Part shown: piece after piece, positions 36,010 to 49,555 of the stretch
Layout: every line of letters begins with the position of its first letter
How positions within the stretch are numbered: position 1 is the stretch's first letter
DNA from: Lama guanicoe
Taxonomy: Eukaryota
Direction: 5' to 3'
DNA length: 61,390 nt
Assembly: GCA_013239625.1 (NCBI GenBank)
Contig: MU054400.1
Coordinates: forward strand, 2,267,345 to 2,328,734
Made by a program: the position numbers and the translations under genes
The notes under the pieces: model-generated
Seen by the model: the letters and a program-made list of their open reading frames with translations, nothing else
Told to the model about the DNA's origin: nothing
The model's database searches: none

Positions 36010-36759
36010 CTTTTTTAAATATATATTTATTGAAGTATAGTCAGTTTACAATGTGTCAATTTCTGGTGTACAGCACAATGCTTCAGTCATACAGGAACAT
36101 ACGTATATTTGTTTTCATATTCTTTTTCATCATAGGTCACTACAAGATATTGAATATAGTTCCCTGTGCTATATAGTATAAACTTGTTGTTTATCTGTTT
36201 TATGTATATTAGTATCTGCAAATTTAGAACTCCCAATTTATCCCTTCCTACCCCTTCCCCCCTGGTAACCAGAAGTTTGTTTTCTATGTCTGTGAGTCTG
36301 TTTCTGTTTTGTAAACAAGTTCGTTTGTCCTTTTTTTTTTTTTTGTTTCCACATAAAAGTGATATCATATGGTAATTTTTTTCTCTTTCTGTCTTACTTC
36401 ACTTAGAATGACAATCTCCAGGTCCATCCATGTTGCTGCAAATGGCATTATTTTATTCTTTTTATGGTTGAGTATTATTCCATTGTATAAATATACCACA
36501 ACTTCTTTATCCAGTCATCTGTTGATGGACATTTAGGTTGTTTCCATGTCTTGGCTATTATATATAGTGCTGCTATGAACATTGGGGTGCAGGTGTCTTT
36601 TTAAATTAGGGCTCCCTCTGGATATGTGCCCAGGAGTGGGATTGCTGGGTCATATGGTAAGTCTACTGTAAGTCTTTTGAGTCTCCGTACTGTTTTCTAT
36701 AACGGCTGCACCAAACTACATTCCCACCAACAGTGTAGGAGGGTTCCCTTTTCTCCACA
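36010..36759 (-). mobile_element. Young 5'-truncated LINE-1 just 3' of RMI1
   Basis: Reverse complement of the same L1 end as 3949-4835; TSD CTGATTTCTTT at 35999-36009 and 36760-36770. Confidence 0.92.
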
Positions 36760-37734
36760 CTGATTTCTTTTTTAAAGGAGACTGTTTCCTACCTTTCTAC
36801 TTTGCTGTTAAAAAGTCACAGTTGAGAGGTAAAGTTACTTTTATTAATCTTTTGTCTTTAAAAAATCAAAATTAAAGCATCTTGAATTTTCAAACATTAA
36901 ACAAATAATAAAATGACATTTTATTTTAGTTAATGTAATAGGAAAATATCTGGAAGTAGGGTAAATACACATATAACAATATGTTCTGGATGTAGTAGAG
37001 CATTCTGAAAATCCTTTGTCGTTGATTGAAGGATGACAATCAGAGTTCAAGGCACAACCCAGATTTTGCTGATATATCCTCTGATAGTCACCACTTCTAT
37101 ACACATAGCTCTTTAACTACAAGAAATCTATATGGACAGCGTTATCTTTCTTCTAAGTGTTCTCCTGTGCTCTATGTCAGTAGTGCTTGAAAGCTGGGAT
37201 TAAACCTTATTTCCTCTTCATATTTAGTTACTAAAGATTGGGTATAGTACTTTACCTTATCAATCCATCCTTCTATATTGGTGCTTTGATTTTGGCTCTG
37301 GTCTTCTCTGGCCTGGAGTATTCTAGTAGGTTTACTAACTTTTGCCCTTAAGCCTTTTCCCATAATTTTGCCTGAATGATCTTTCTTGAATAAATTTCTT
37401 GTTTTCTCTTTGTTACCCTTTAATATCAAACTTTGCTTTCCTTTTCAGTCTCATCTTACCTCCTTGTTCTCCACCTACCTAGTTCACCCCTAAATTTTAG
37501 TCTTACCAAGGTATTTGTTATTCCCCAAACCTGTGGGGAATGCACTTCATGCTTTCATACTCAAGTTCATGGTAATCCCCTTACCTCCCGGGTTCATTCA
37601 TATTTTGACTCAGCTTAAGATTTAGGTGCCAACTGAAGTGTTTCATGAATTCCTCTGCCCGCTTTCATGCCCTCTGTACCTTCTACAAACTAACACTGTG
37701 TTATATTGTACTTATTTGCTCCTCTTACTCTACT

Positions 37735-37913
37735 GCTGCATTTTGGGCAGGATAATTCTTTGTTGTTGAGAGCTGTCCTGAGCTCCCTTTAGCATCCTGG
37801 CTTCTACCCATGCAGTGTCAGTAGAATCCTCCCAGTTGTGACAACCAAAAATCTTTCCAGCCATTACAAAATATTTCCTGGGGGACAAAGTTGCCCTTGG
37901 TCAGAACCATTGC
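37735..37913. mobile_element. MER20 hAT-Charlie DNA transposon fossil
   Basis: TTTTGGGCAGGATAATTCTTTGTTG...CCCAGTTGTGACAACCAAAAAT...CCTGGGGGACAAAGTTGCCCTTGG. Confidence 0.8.
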
Positions 37914-38569
37914 TTTAATGGAATGTGAGATGCTTGAGGATATGGCTAAGTGATTTATCTTTGTAATTCCAGTAACTTGTTTATTGATACTATAAATGAA
38001 TCAATATCTGATCATCTGTGTTCCCTTGCTTAATATTTTTTACTGATTCCTCCTCATTTCAGTAGCATGGTACTTAAAGTCCTGCCTGCAGCCTCTGTAT
38101 ACACAACTCCTCAAATATCCTCTTCAGTGAAAGAGTAAATTAGAAAAATCTGCCCAGTTGCAGAGGAAGACTACAAGAAAACTTGGTTAACTTGGCTGAT
38201 TTTAGTTGAGAGGAAAAAAGTTTTCCCTGAGAATTTGTAGCCATAGAGCTGCTCTTATGTGAGTCTAAGCAGACACTTAAGTTACCTGCATGATACTTTC
38301 CAACTGAGAATTTAACAAAAAGAATGACTCTATGGGAACCTGGCAAAAGCAAATGGGAAGGGGGAAAATGGGTATAATCAGATCATCTTTATCTTCCTCT
38401 TGGCATTGAAACTGCCTTCATAGAGTACATGTTCTTTGCTCCTCCATTCTGTATATCCTACCTGTATTTGCCCCTGCCCTGGTCTAGCACTGCTTATGAC
38501 TGAGTGGATAAGTTACTGAGTTCTGAAGTTAGCAGGCACTATATGAAATGCTCAGACATGCCTGGGCTA

Positions 38570-41280
38570 AAAAATAACTAATATGCACAGGAGGAAAACA
38601 AAAAGAAGATTGAAATTTTCAATACGGAATTGGGAATTAAAAAAACTAAAAAGAAGGGCCTATAATAGCTAAAATTAAGAAATCAGTGAATAAGTTTAAC
38701 ACCAGATGAAACACAGCTGAAGATACAGTGAATTAAGTTTGGTCAGAAGAGAAAATTCAGAATAATGTATAGAGAGACAAAAGGATGGAAAAGGACCAGA
38801 AAACTATAACAGAGAAGGGCTAACATTAATGTAACTGTAGTCCTCAAAAGAGAGGAAATAGAGAATACTTGGAGTTAATGCTTAAGAAATTTACCAAATT
38901 AATGGAAATCAAGCTGCAGCTTTCAGAAGTCCCACAACCTCAAGCAAAATATTTCAGAGGAAATCAGACCTATGCAAATATTATTAATACATTGAAAGCT
39001 AAAAAAGAAAAGAGAAAATCTAGAGCATATTTCAAAGGACCCAAAATATGGTAACTGACTACTCAATAAAAAGCAGGAATCATGATGGTATATACCTGAA
39101 ACTTACATGCCAGTTTAACCTGTTCTAAAAAAAAAGTTGGGATCAGCAGACAAGGGATGGCATTTTCAAAGTGATGGAGAAAATAACTGCCAACATAGAA
39201 TTCTATATAGAGCAAGAACGCCCTTAACAATTAGGGTACAATAGATAAAATTAAGAAAACTTTACACACAAAAATTTCTCCCTAACTACACAAAAATGTT
39301 TTTAAGCAGGAGGGAAACAATAATCAGATGGAAACCTGTAGATGCAAGAAGGAATGACGAACAACCAAAAGGGTAAACACATGGGTTAAATGAATAGTGA
39401 TTTTGAGTCAAAGATAATGTCATGAGGGTTTAGAAAGCAAAAGACTAAACTACATGAAAACAATAGCATTTAAGTTGGGTGAGGGATAAAAAAAAGCATT
39501 TTTAAGATCCGAATGTCTGAGAAAAGGTTAGTGCAGTTTTGTATTTGTCTTGACTATTCAGAGATTCATGTTATAATATTTAGAGTATCCATACTAAAAG
39601 ATTTGTAGAAGTATATTACTATATATGAATGGGTTAAAAAGGAATAATATCAATAAGGAATGTACCTAATCCAATAAAATAGCAAGAAAGAGAAAAGAAC
39701 AAAGAAAAAACGGTATACAGGAAAAACAATTGGTGAGGTGGCAAATTTAAATCCAAATGAATCAATTTTTAATCAAGACAAATCAAAGGAAATTGCATTA
39801 AATGTAAATAAACTAAATCTTGCAATAAAAGCCTATCAGATAGCAATACAATCTAATTACAATCATACCTTGTTTTATTATGCATCTCTTTATTGTTCTC
39901 TGCTTTATTGTGATTTTTATAAATTCAGGGTTTGTGGCAACCCTGTGTTGGGCAAGTCTTTTGGGACCATTTTTCTGTTATTTTTAAATTAAATTATGTA
40001 CATTTTTTAGGCATAATGCTATTGCACACTTAATGGTCTACAGTATAGTGTAAACATAACTTTCATATGTGCTGAGAAATCAAAAAAATTTGTGTGACTC
40101 ACTTTATTGCTTTATTGTTGTAATTGCTTTATTGTGAGGTCTGCAACTGAAACCACAATATTGCTGAGGTATGCTTGCGTATAAAAGAAAGACACATATA
40201 AGAATATGGAAAAGTGAAAGCGTATGTAAAGACTAACCAGCATATAGCAGCTGGGCTATATTAATATCAAACAGAATTTTAGACAAATGACTTACTAGTA
40301 GTAAAGAGAAACAATTGATAAGGGACTAATTCACCAGGAAGATTTAGCAATCCTAAGTTTATAGAATTCAACGTATGGCTTCCAAGTTTATCAGAACTAC
40401 ACGGAGAAATAGAGAATACTATTATCGTAGAGGAAGATCACACACTCAGTAGTAATAAACAATTGATAGGGATATAGAAAATAGAATTAACCTAATCACC
40501 ATGTACAAGCTACTGTACTCAACAGATACATAATATACATTTTTTAATGGACATGTGGAACATTCATAAAAACTGACCATTTTCTTTACCAAGAAGCAAA
40601 TCTAAACAAAGAATTATAACCATACAGAGTATATTCTCTGACCATAATTAAGATAAGCTACAAAAAAAAGTTAAATCTCATGTTTAGAAACTATAAAAAC
40701 ATACTATAAACTAACCTTGGGTTAAGGAAGAATCCGCAATGAAAATTAGAAAATATAAAAATAAAGTGTCAAAATTCATGAGGTATAGTTAAAGTTATGC
40801 TTAGAGGGGACTTATTTTTTTCTTTATCTTTTTTTTTCAGTTTTGTTTTTTTGCTTTTTAAAAAAATTCTTTTCTTTAGAGGGTAGTTTATATATCTTTA
40901 AAAGAATAAAGGTTAAAAGTCAATAGATGGAGTATTTATCCCAGTAAGTTACAGAAACTGCAAATTAAGCACAAAGAAGAGGGAAGAAGAGCTTAACTTA
41001 CTGAAAAAGGAATCAGACCTAATAGGATTAACAAAGCTAACAGTTGCTTCTTTGAAAAGATTAAAATGAAGGAAAAAGTTTGAAGGCACAAACATCAGAA
41101 ATGAAATGGAGACATCACTCACTTTCTACACACATTAAGAATCTTCTACAAGTATATTACAATTAATGATGCTGAGGCATTTAAAAATTTAGATGAAATG
41201 GTCAAATAACTGAGAAACTACAGATATAAGAAAAAATCGGAATAGCTCCATATTTGTTAAAGTAGTTGGATCTATTTTTT
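38570..41280 (+). mobile_element. Highly diverged L1M (ORF1/ORF2 5' region)
   Basis: Long A-rich stretch with L1-like remnants (ATATTCTCTGACCATAAT, TTCTTTGAAAAGAT, GGAGACATCACT, TTTAGATGAAATGG); no intact ORF. Confidence 0.65.
39860..40177 (+). mobile_element. Internally deleted Tigger1 element nested in L1
   Basis: Terminal inverted repeats CAATCATACCT... / ...GAGGTATGCTTG, preceded by TA; internal GGTTTGTGGCAACCCTG. Confidence 0.85.
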
Positions 41281-41309
41281 TTGGTAGCAGAGGGTAAATT
41301 TTAAAAATT

Positions 41310-41830
41310 TTTTTATTTTTATTTTTTATTGAAGTATAGTCAGTTTACAATGTGTCAATTTTTGGTGTGCAGCACAGTGCTTCAGTTATATATGAATATA
41401 CCTATATTTGTTTTCATATTTTTCACTGTAAGCTATTACAAGATATTGAATATAGTTCCCTGTGCTATACAGTATAAACTTGTTTATCTATTTTATATAT
41501 ATTAGTTAGTATCTGCAAATCTTGAACTCCCAATTTATCCTTTCCCACCCTCTTCTCCCTAGTAACAATAAGTTTTCTGTGTGAGTCTGTTTCTGTTTTG
41601 TAAATAAGTTCATTTTTTTTTTGTAGATTCCACATGTAATTGATAGCATATGGTATTTTTCTTTCTTTTTCTGGCTTACTTGGAATGACATTCTCCAGGA
41701 GCATCCATGTTGCTGCAAATGGTGTTATGTTGTCATTTTTAATGGCTGAATAGTATTCCATTGTATAAATATACCACATCTTCTTTATCCAATCATCTGT
41801 TGATGGACATTTATGTTGTTTAGATATTTG
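41310..41830 (-). mobile_element. Young L1 3' end
   Basis: Minus ORF KCPSTDDWIKKMWYIYTMEYYSAIKNDNITPFAATWM; same family as 36010-36759. Confidence 0.92.
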
Positions 41831-42410
41831 CAACTTTAACTTGTGAATGTTTTTTCCATGATGATTGAGAGAATATCATTTATAACATAGTTAATAGATA
41901 TATACAAAAAAGAAAAATCACTGTACTTTGAGCATACTGAATTTGGGCTGTCAGGAGGACAGGCAGATGTCCAACAGGCAGTTGGAAATGTGGACTGCGG
42001 CAATAGTTAGGACTGAAGATTGGCAGGCAAGATTGAGTAAAATTCCTAAAGGAGAGAACATAAAGAGAAGAGAAATGGGCCATGGACATAACCAAAGGGA
42101 ATACTTAACTTTTGGGGTCAGAAGGAGATAGAGGAATCCAAGAGTGAAAAGCAGATCTGAGAGTGAACAGCATTATGAAAAATGTTGGGAGAAGAAGTAA
42201 AAGTTGTTGATAGTGGCTTGCTGCAGAGAGTCTGAGGAAGATGAAAACAGAAAAAGCTTTTGGATTTGATACTTCAGTGATTATCAAGAGAGAATTTTTT
42301 TGCACATAGGTTAGATGGTGAGGATCTGGAGGCCATGAGAAAGACACTTGGTAGTAAAGGGAAGGAGGGAGGAACAGGTAGTTCAAGGGGTAGCCTGGTA
42401 AGTGGAGGTT

Positions 42411-42433
42411 GTGTGTGTGTGTGTGTGTGTGTG
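42411..42433 (+). repeat. (GT)n microsatellite
   Basis: About 11 GT units; a second interrupted tract at 42613-42636. Confidence 0.95.
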
Positions 42434-45400
42434 TATTAAGATGGGGAACACAACAAAACATTTATACGTTGGCAGGATGAAAGCACAGAAGAAAGAATGA
42501 AGATGTAATGAAATGTGGTCAAGTTGGGGGTTATCGATGGAGTAAGGCCCCAGAGTAAGAATGAGGACCAAGAAGGAGCTTTCACTTTGAAATAGAGGAG
42601 GATCACTTCTTTTGTGTGTGTGTGTTTGTGTGTGTGTTTCTTGATACCAATCACTTCTGTTTATTTCAGGACATAATATGCTACTTAGACCCATGGATAA
42701 TACTAAGTTATAATCCTGTTTAAATGTTTTGTTTTGTAAAGATAGGCTCTAAAAATCATAAAACTGAATAGATGAATGATAGAACACATATCAACTTAGA
42801 TTTAAAATGTAGATCATGATTCTCATTCACTCTGTCCTATTGTTAAATGTATTACAAAGATACACATTTAGAAGACCACCCTGTTATTCTCTCCTGAGGA
42901 GACTATTAAGTTGATGAGAAGTAACCCAACATGTTTAGACATAGCTGTTATCAAAAGGATCTTTCTGTGATGTTAACAAGGAAAAACAGTCCAAGTATTA
43001 TGATCCATATCAACATGATTTAAGTACATCATGTACTACAATATGTTTCAAATCTTGAAATTAAAGTGTTACTCTCATATATACATGTACCAGGTTGATA
43101 TACATATTTTTCAGGCTAAGTAGAGACATACATTTAGAGCTGTATTAATGTTTCAAAGCAAAAGACAACCCAGCTTAATACCAAGAAATGTTGTGACTGT
43201 CCACGTAGTGTTTGTTAGAGAAAACACTGATTTTGACACATGATTTTATTCAGAGAGAGGTCTGGTCACACACGGTCTAAGGATACTCAAATGATAAACC
43301 AAATATAATCAGATGATAAAGATTGGTCTTCAAACATTATAGCCAATGATGCCATGCCTGCCTATGATCTCACCCACACAAAACCACATCCACACTCAGT
43401 GGCCAGCAACCATTGAACACAGTTCCTTACCTGTGAGCTGTTTGAAGCTACCAGATTGAGCACTAGTGGCTATGTTTTATACTCCTGAATAGCAGTAGGA
43501 ATCTCAACAAGATTGGAGGAACCAGCTTAACCCTCACATAGTGAGTGCCAAAATGTGACAGTTAAGTCAGAGCATCATTTACCAGGGCACAAGCCTTCTC
43601 TGTGAGGTTATGGATAAATTGGGCCATGGTTCTAGGATGGAAAAATCTGTCACCCCCAGAACTGGAGGATCACCACTTTCTCTGTGGCAGTAGTGAAGGA
43701 AGGGAGGAAGGGGAAGAGAAAAAGAAGTGATGTTAATGTGGAAGCATGTCCACATTTTGAATAAAGAAGCAAATGAGATCATCTGCAGAGAATAAGGAGG
43801 CCTGAGTAGAAGGGGATTTTATATATATAGAATAGTCTTGTAAAAGTTATAATTAGAAGAAAACATGGAAGTTTTTTTTCTTAATTTAGCAAAGCAGGTG
43901 GTTTGCAGTATCATGATGTCATGGAGAGAACGTTAGCATTGGAGCCAGAAAGACCTGAATTTGAGTCGTGGCTTTATCCCTTTTTAACAAGTTACCAAAC
44001 TTATCTTTCTCAATTTCTTCACAGTAAAATAGGACAACAGTACCTATTTTGTCAGGTAGTTATGCAGATGCAGTGATAGGATATGTCAGTTAATTTCAGT
44101 TTCAGCAAACATTTGTTAACCTCCTGTTGTGCGCCACATACTCCACTAAGTCCATATCTTGGAGGAGTTTGAAGTCAAGGAGGAAATTCACTTCTCCTTC
44201 ATTTTCTTTTGGGACAAAAAACCCCCAACTTTTGCAGAATGGTGAGAGGGCTTGCTGGTGACTTGTCTGTGCACTTTCAAATACTAGATCAGATCCTGCC
44301 TGCAGGTGTTATTCCGGTCTGCCGGGATTTAGCCAGTAACGCTGGGTGTGCCACTTCTCCAAGGCAGTGTCCCTGCTATTCCGACCTCTTGCCTTCTGGA
44401 CAGTGGGGTTGGCAAAGGGAACCCTTTGTATCTGCCAGTCATGAGGTGTGAGTGGCCTTGGAATACTGACTCCTTCAATGGTAATTCAGCCTATCTCACT
44501 CTTAACCTCTGTTGTAAGCTTGCTGTGTATTTTTTTTCCCTGTCTCATTTTTGTTATTGTTGTTGTTAGCAGCTAAATGTAGGGTTGTTTAGTTTTCAAA
44601 TAGCATCCCGGAGGGAAGTGGTCCCAGACCAAGGACTTGAGAACAACTGACCCCATCGTGAACGGTAATGAAATCCATCCATTTATAATCTCTATTACTT
44701 TGGGGGAGAATAAGTAAAGACATGCGTCCTTGATTAGGGAGGTTGGAATTAATTGTAATGATTGGACTTGGAGTGTGAGTCTAGAGAAATATTAAATTAA
44801 GTTCTAACAGAAGTGCTTTGGCAAAAGGATTATAAATTAAAGCTTTAATATGTGTACTCTAGTTGCTTAAATGATTGTAACATCATTCAAGCATTTAATG
44901 ACAGTAAAATTGTTCCAGTGTCATCTGTGATTTGTGATGAAGATCAGCACGTCCAGATCAGGACTGAAGCTCATCACCAAGGAAGGGGCAAAACATTCTG
45001 ACCAATACCTGTATTGTGTAATAGACAACTTCCCCTTCTTTAGTTCTTTTTCAGTTCAGCAGAGCTTTTATAACTTTATGTTGGATCAGCAAGGATTAGT
45101 TTGGCTCCATTTCTAGGATCACATAAATACCAACCTTTCAGTGTTGGCATTAGGAAGTTCATTGATGTGTTTTTTTCATATATGTGACCTCTCAGATCTC
45201 TCAGGCAGGCCAGTCTGTTTTCCACAGGACTGATCTGTTTCCTTAGTTGTCAACTTTGTGTGAGAATTATTGCTGTGCCATGGGCACCAGTAGAGTGTTC
45301 CAGCTGACCTTTGTTAGGCCTTTGAGGAAAGGTGGAAAACAACAACCACAAAAAAAAAACCAAAAAAAACCCCACAAAAAAACCAATTGGCAAGTGCCAA

Positions 45401-46269
45401 GGTACCATCAGTGACTAACAACAATGTTCTCTGGACATTTTGTGTGATTCCGTTAAAATAGCGGGCCAGAAATTAACCTGCTTCGAGTGCGATGTTGCAT
45501 GAAAGGCATTCACTGAGCACAGAGCCAGTGCTCAATAAATGTAATCTCTTACTACCATTATTATATCATTTGGAATGAATGTCACCTATTTTCCCCTCCT
45601 TCCCCCACTTTGGTCCTCACAAACATCTGAACCTCAGTGGTATGCAGGTAAACAACATTCGTCCTCTTTTCTGAGAACAGGCTGCCCTGATGTTGAAGGT
45701 GACGTGGCATGGTCAGCAGCCCTGGAAGCCCCATTCCAGACTCCCCGTGATTTTGCTGGGTCAGCCCAGCCTTGCAAACTGGCAGCCACCTGGAAGATTG
45801 AGGTCATGTTCTGCACTGGCCCACACTGGGGATTGCCGCACATAGCCAGCAATCTTCCCTGGCAATAAGAAGTGAAGGGTAGTCCTGGACCCCACTTAAC
45901 AGCATCCCTTTAAATGCTGCACTCATAAGCTGGAACTTAAACACTGCACTAACAAGGGAGTCAGTTTTTGGACAGTCAAAGGCATTTTGTCAACAAAGCA
46001 TCATTATTCAGGCCACACTCGGGTTGCTACATGTATAGTTCTGTTCAGTTCACCTGGTAGATAAAAGGGAATTTGGAGCTTTCGTAGCTTCTAAATCAAC
46101 TCTTACTTCAAACAGATGGCTCCTTGTTCTAAATAATGTCCTTTATATTTTTGTGTGGCAGACTTGACATTTCTAACTGCCCGATGGACATTTCCACTTG
46201 GATTTCCAGCTGTTAGCGCCTGTTCCCAACATCCTTATTTCTGTCTGTGCTATCACTATTTACCGACAC

Positions 46270-46500
46270 TGAGAGACTAGCTACGTAGTGGTTAAGAGTG
46301 AGGGCTTAGGAGGCTGACTGCCTGGTTTCAAATCCCTGCCATGTTACTTACTAGGTGTGTGTCCTTGGCCAAGTTTTTTGACTGTTTGATGCCTTAATTA
46401 CATCAGCTGTATAATTGGGATAATAATAACACATTCCTTGTCAAGTTGTGGTAAGTACTGAGTTAAATTGCTTAGACCAGTGTCTGGCACGTAGTCAGTG
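46270..46500. mobile_element. MIR SINE
   Basis: GTAGTGGTTAAGAGTG...CCTGGTTTCAAATCCC...TGTCCTTGGCCAAG...CAGTGTCTGGCACGTAG. Confidence 0.8.
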
Positions 46501-46501
46501 T

Positions 46502-47000
46502 TTGTATCAGTTTGGTTGTATTAGACTGCAAGTAACAGAGCACCAGGTAATAATATTTTAAACAAGACTCACATTTAATTAGCTTTCCTAACTAGAATAC
46601 TGGAGGTGGGTAGTTCCAGGTTTCATGCAGCAGTTCAGTGGTGCCACAAAAGACCCCATCTAACTTTCTACTTTCCCCTCCGCCGTCTTTAGCATGCTGG
46701 CTTTTCATCTTCATAGTTACCACACTGTGGTCACCAGGTGCAGGTCCAGACATCACGTCTACACTGAGGGCTGGAAGAAGGGAGAAGGGCAGGGCCAGCA
46801 CCCACTGTTCCTTTCACCAGGAAAACAAAAGCTCTCCCAGAAGCCTCCCGAAGTACTTCTCCCTACATCTGATTGCCAAGAGTAAGTCACACGTCCACCC
46901 TTGTCTGTGGGAGAGGCCGGGAAAGATGCTGTCTAGTTTCCAGCCTCTGTAAATGGAAATGAGGGAAAAAGGAAGAGGGTTGGGCATGGTTGCTGAAGTA
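46502..47000. mobile_element. Old MLT1 (J/K-like) LTR
   Basis: TGTATCAG...GACTGCAAGTAACAGAG...CATCTGATTGCCAAGAGTAAGTCACACGTCCACCC. Confidence 0.6.
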
Positions 47001-49179
47001 ACCAGGCCACAGTGACTGCCACAGTGATTATTACATGTTAGCTATTACTCTTATTATTATTCCTGTTTCTCAAGTTAGAAACATTGAAGTTATTTTTCAT
47101 TCTCCTTCTTCTTCTCTAGCAAACACTCAGTCACCAAGTTTGGTGATTCCTCCTGCTCAGTGTTTTCCATGCCCACCCCTTCATTTGCCTTCATATTCTT
47201 CCTAGTGTTTCTGGTTTTGATTATCTCATGAGTGGAGAAATGCAGCAGCTTTTGTTCTGTATCTTTCATCTCCAGTTTCTCTACCCTCTGCTCCGTCTTG
47301 TACTCTGGTAGGTGAGTCTTCACCAGACACTTCTGTCATGACACCTCTGGCCTCGGATTCCTCAATCATTCTCTGTTGTCTACTATATATAATGTAGTGT
47401 ATATATATATATCCTCATAGCACTCACAGTATGATGGGAAGGACCGGTTAAATAATCAAGCGTATTGTCATTTATTTTCTTTGCCACCCATTTGGCACAT
47501 TAAATGTACTGCTTTACATAAGATCCATTATTATCTTTTCATGTATATACAAGTCTTATCTCTTTCAATAGACCAGAAATTCCTTGAAGGCAGAGTTTAT
47601 ATAATACCACTTTGTGGCTCTCATTAGTCCTAAACACTGAACAAAAAATATGTTGAAGAATTAGTGGCATTCATACAAAATATTTAGTGGATGTTTAATA
47701 AATTTTGGCCAGGTCCAATAAAAACTTTGGGAAACCTCAGAGACACAAAGAATCTGGGTAAAGATATCCTCTATCAGATTAGATATATCGTTTGAAGCAG
47801 CAGAACTACATCTGTCTGAGAAGTGGCTACAGTGTAATAATATGCAGCTAGATCTTGCATGATTCAAAAGGAAAGCTATAGTGTAGCTTTGCCATAAATG
47901 CAAAACTTCAAGGGGTGAAAGGGCATCAGTAATCAGGAATTCTGTCAGAAGTGGGATTGGTGTGATTTTTGTGGGGGATACCACCATTACATAGTTCAAG
48001 GTACTCATGATACCCACTGGAGGTAAGCTGCTTTCAGTAGCAAAATGTATTGTGAATTAAATATAGAAGAAAAAAGTGATCATTCATTTGTTTGCTTAAT
48101 CAACCAATAACCAACGAACACTTGGTCTGTGCCAGGGTATTTAATGATGGGTAGGACTCAGTCTCTCAAGCAACTTTGGTGTCCAGTAAGAAAAAGAAGC
48201 ATGCAAACGAGTTCAACAGCCGATTTTAGGTGTGACCATAGAGTGCCGTGTGGGAAATAGGGCAGGAGGGCAGGGTCTGTTCTGTCTGGAGTGCGAGGAC
48301 AGAATAGAGTTACCTTCCTCAGTTATCCTCTCACCTCCCACTGTACTGCTAGAGTTATTACTTTTCCCATGTGTGGTCTCACTTTCCTACCAGCTACTAA
48401 ATTGCAAAATTAACATTCAAGGAGTTGATAACATCTGTGCTTCTTTGCACTGATTAGACTGGAAACAACCTCAGAAATCATCAAATCTGACCCAGCCTTT
48501 ATAAACAAAGTAGACATTTGTTCTCTCTCATTCCACCTACCCCAGTCTTCCACCCTTATTCCATGAATATGCGACACTAAAGGTGATCAGCTATCCTGGT
48601 GTTCCCAGGAATGAGGAGTGTCCTGGCACATATGACTTCCAGTGCTAAGACCTAGGGCGGTCCCAGGCAGACTGAGACATGTTGGTTACTCAAGGATATA
48701 GTAGAAAGATTTGGAATTAAGGGACCTGGGTTCAATTCTAGGTTAAATTCCTGACTGTGGGCCAATCTCTTAGTGTTGATGGCTGCTTTATGCCACCTGA
48801 AGATAAGTTGTGACCCTGGAAGCCAAGGCAGCAGCCAGTCTGTACTGATGCTTGTCTCATCCACTGGTTGGGTTAAGTCAACATGAGCACATGTTTACTG
48901 TAAATATTTGGCGTTAACTTTCTCAGAAGTCTCCTTTATCATAGAGTCTTATGATCTAGTAATAAAATTGCATTAGACAAAAATAGAATATATTTAACAA
49001 CTTTTAGATTTTTATTGGCTCCATGAGGCTGGTTCCAGTTGTTAGAGTAACTTTGTCACTTACTAGCTGTGTGACCTTGAATAAGGGCTTAATTTTTCTC
49101 ATCTGAAACACGTGATAAGGTTTATTGTAATGATTAAATGGGTAAATGTGGGTAAATATTAGTCATGAAACAGAAACTA

Positions 49180-49555
49180 TTTTTTTCCTTCCAGTCTTAT
49201 TGACATATAACTGGCATACATCACTGTGTAAGTTTAAGGTGGATAGCATAATGATTAGACTTACAGGTATCATGAGATTATTTCACAATAAGTTTAGTGA
49301 CCATCCATCATCTCACATAAATACAAAATTTAAAAAAAATAGAAAAAAATTTTCCTTGTGATGGAAACTCTTAGGATTTACACTCATTATTATTACTATT
49401 TTATTTATTTTTTAAACTGTAGTATAATCGATTTCAATGTTTCAGGTGTACAGGGTATAGCAAGGTGATTCAGTTATACATATATATTCTTTTTTAGATT
49501 CTTTTCCATTATAGGTTATTACATGATATTGACTATAGTGCCCTGTGCTATATAC
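49180..49555 (-). mobile_element. Two very short L1 3'-end fragments
   Basis: TTATTGACATATAACTGGCATACATCACTG...CTTGTGATGGAAACTCTTAGGATTTAC and CAGGTGTACAG...GTGATTCAGTTATACAT...CCCTGTGCTATA. Confidence 0.7.

Noticed and set aside
43000..46200. Repeat-poor intergenic stretch with TAAT-rich motifs, possible enhancer
   Set aside because: Cannot be supported without conservation or chromatin data
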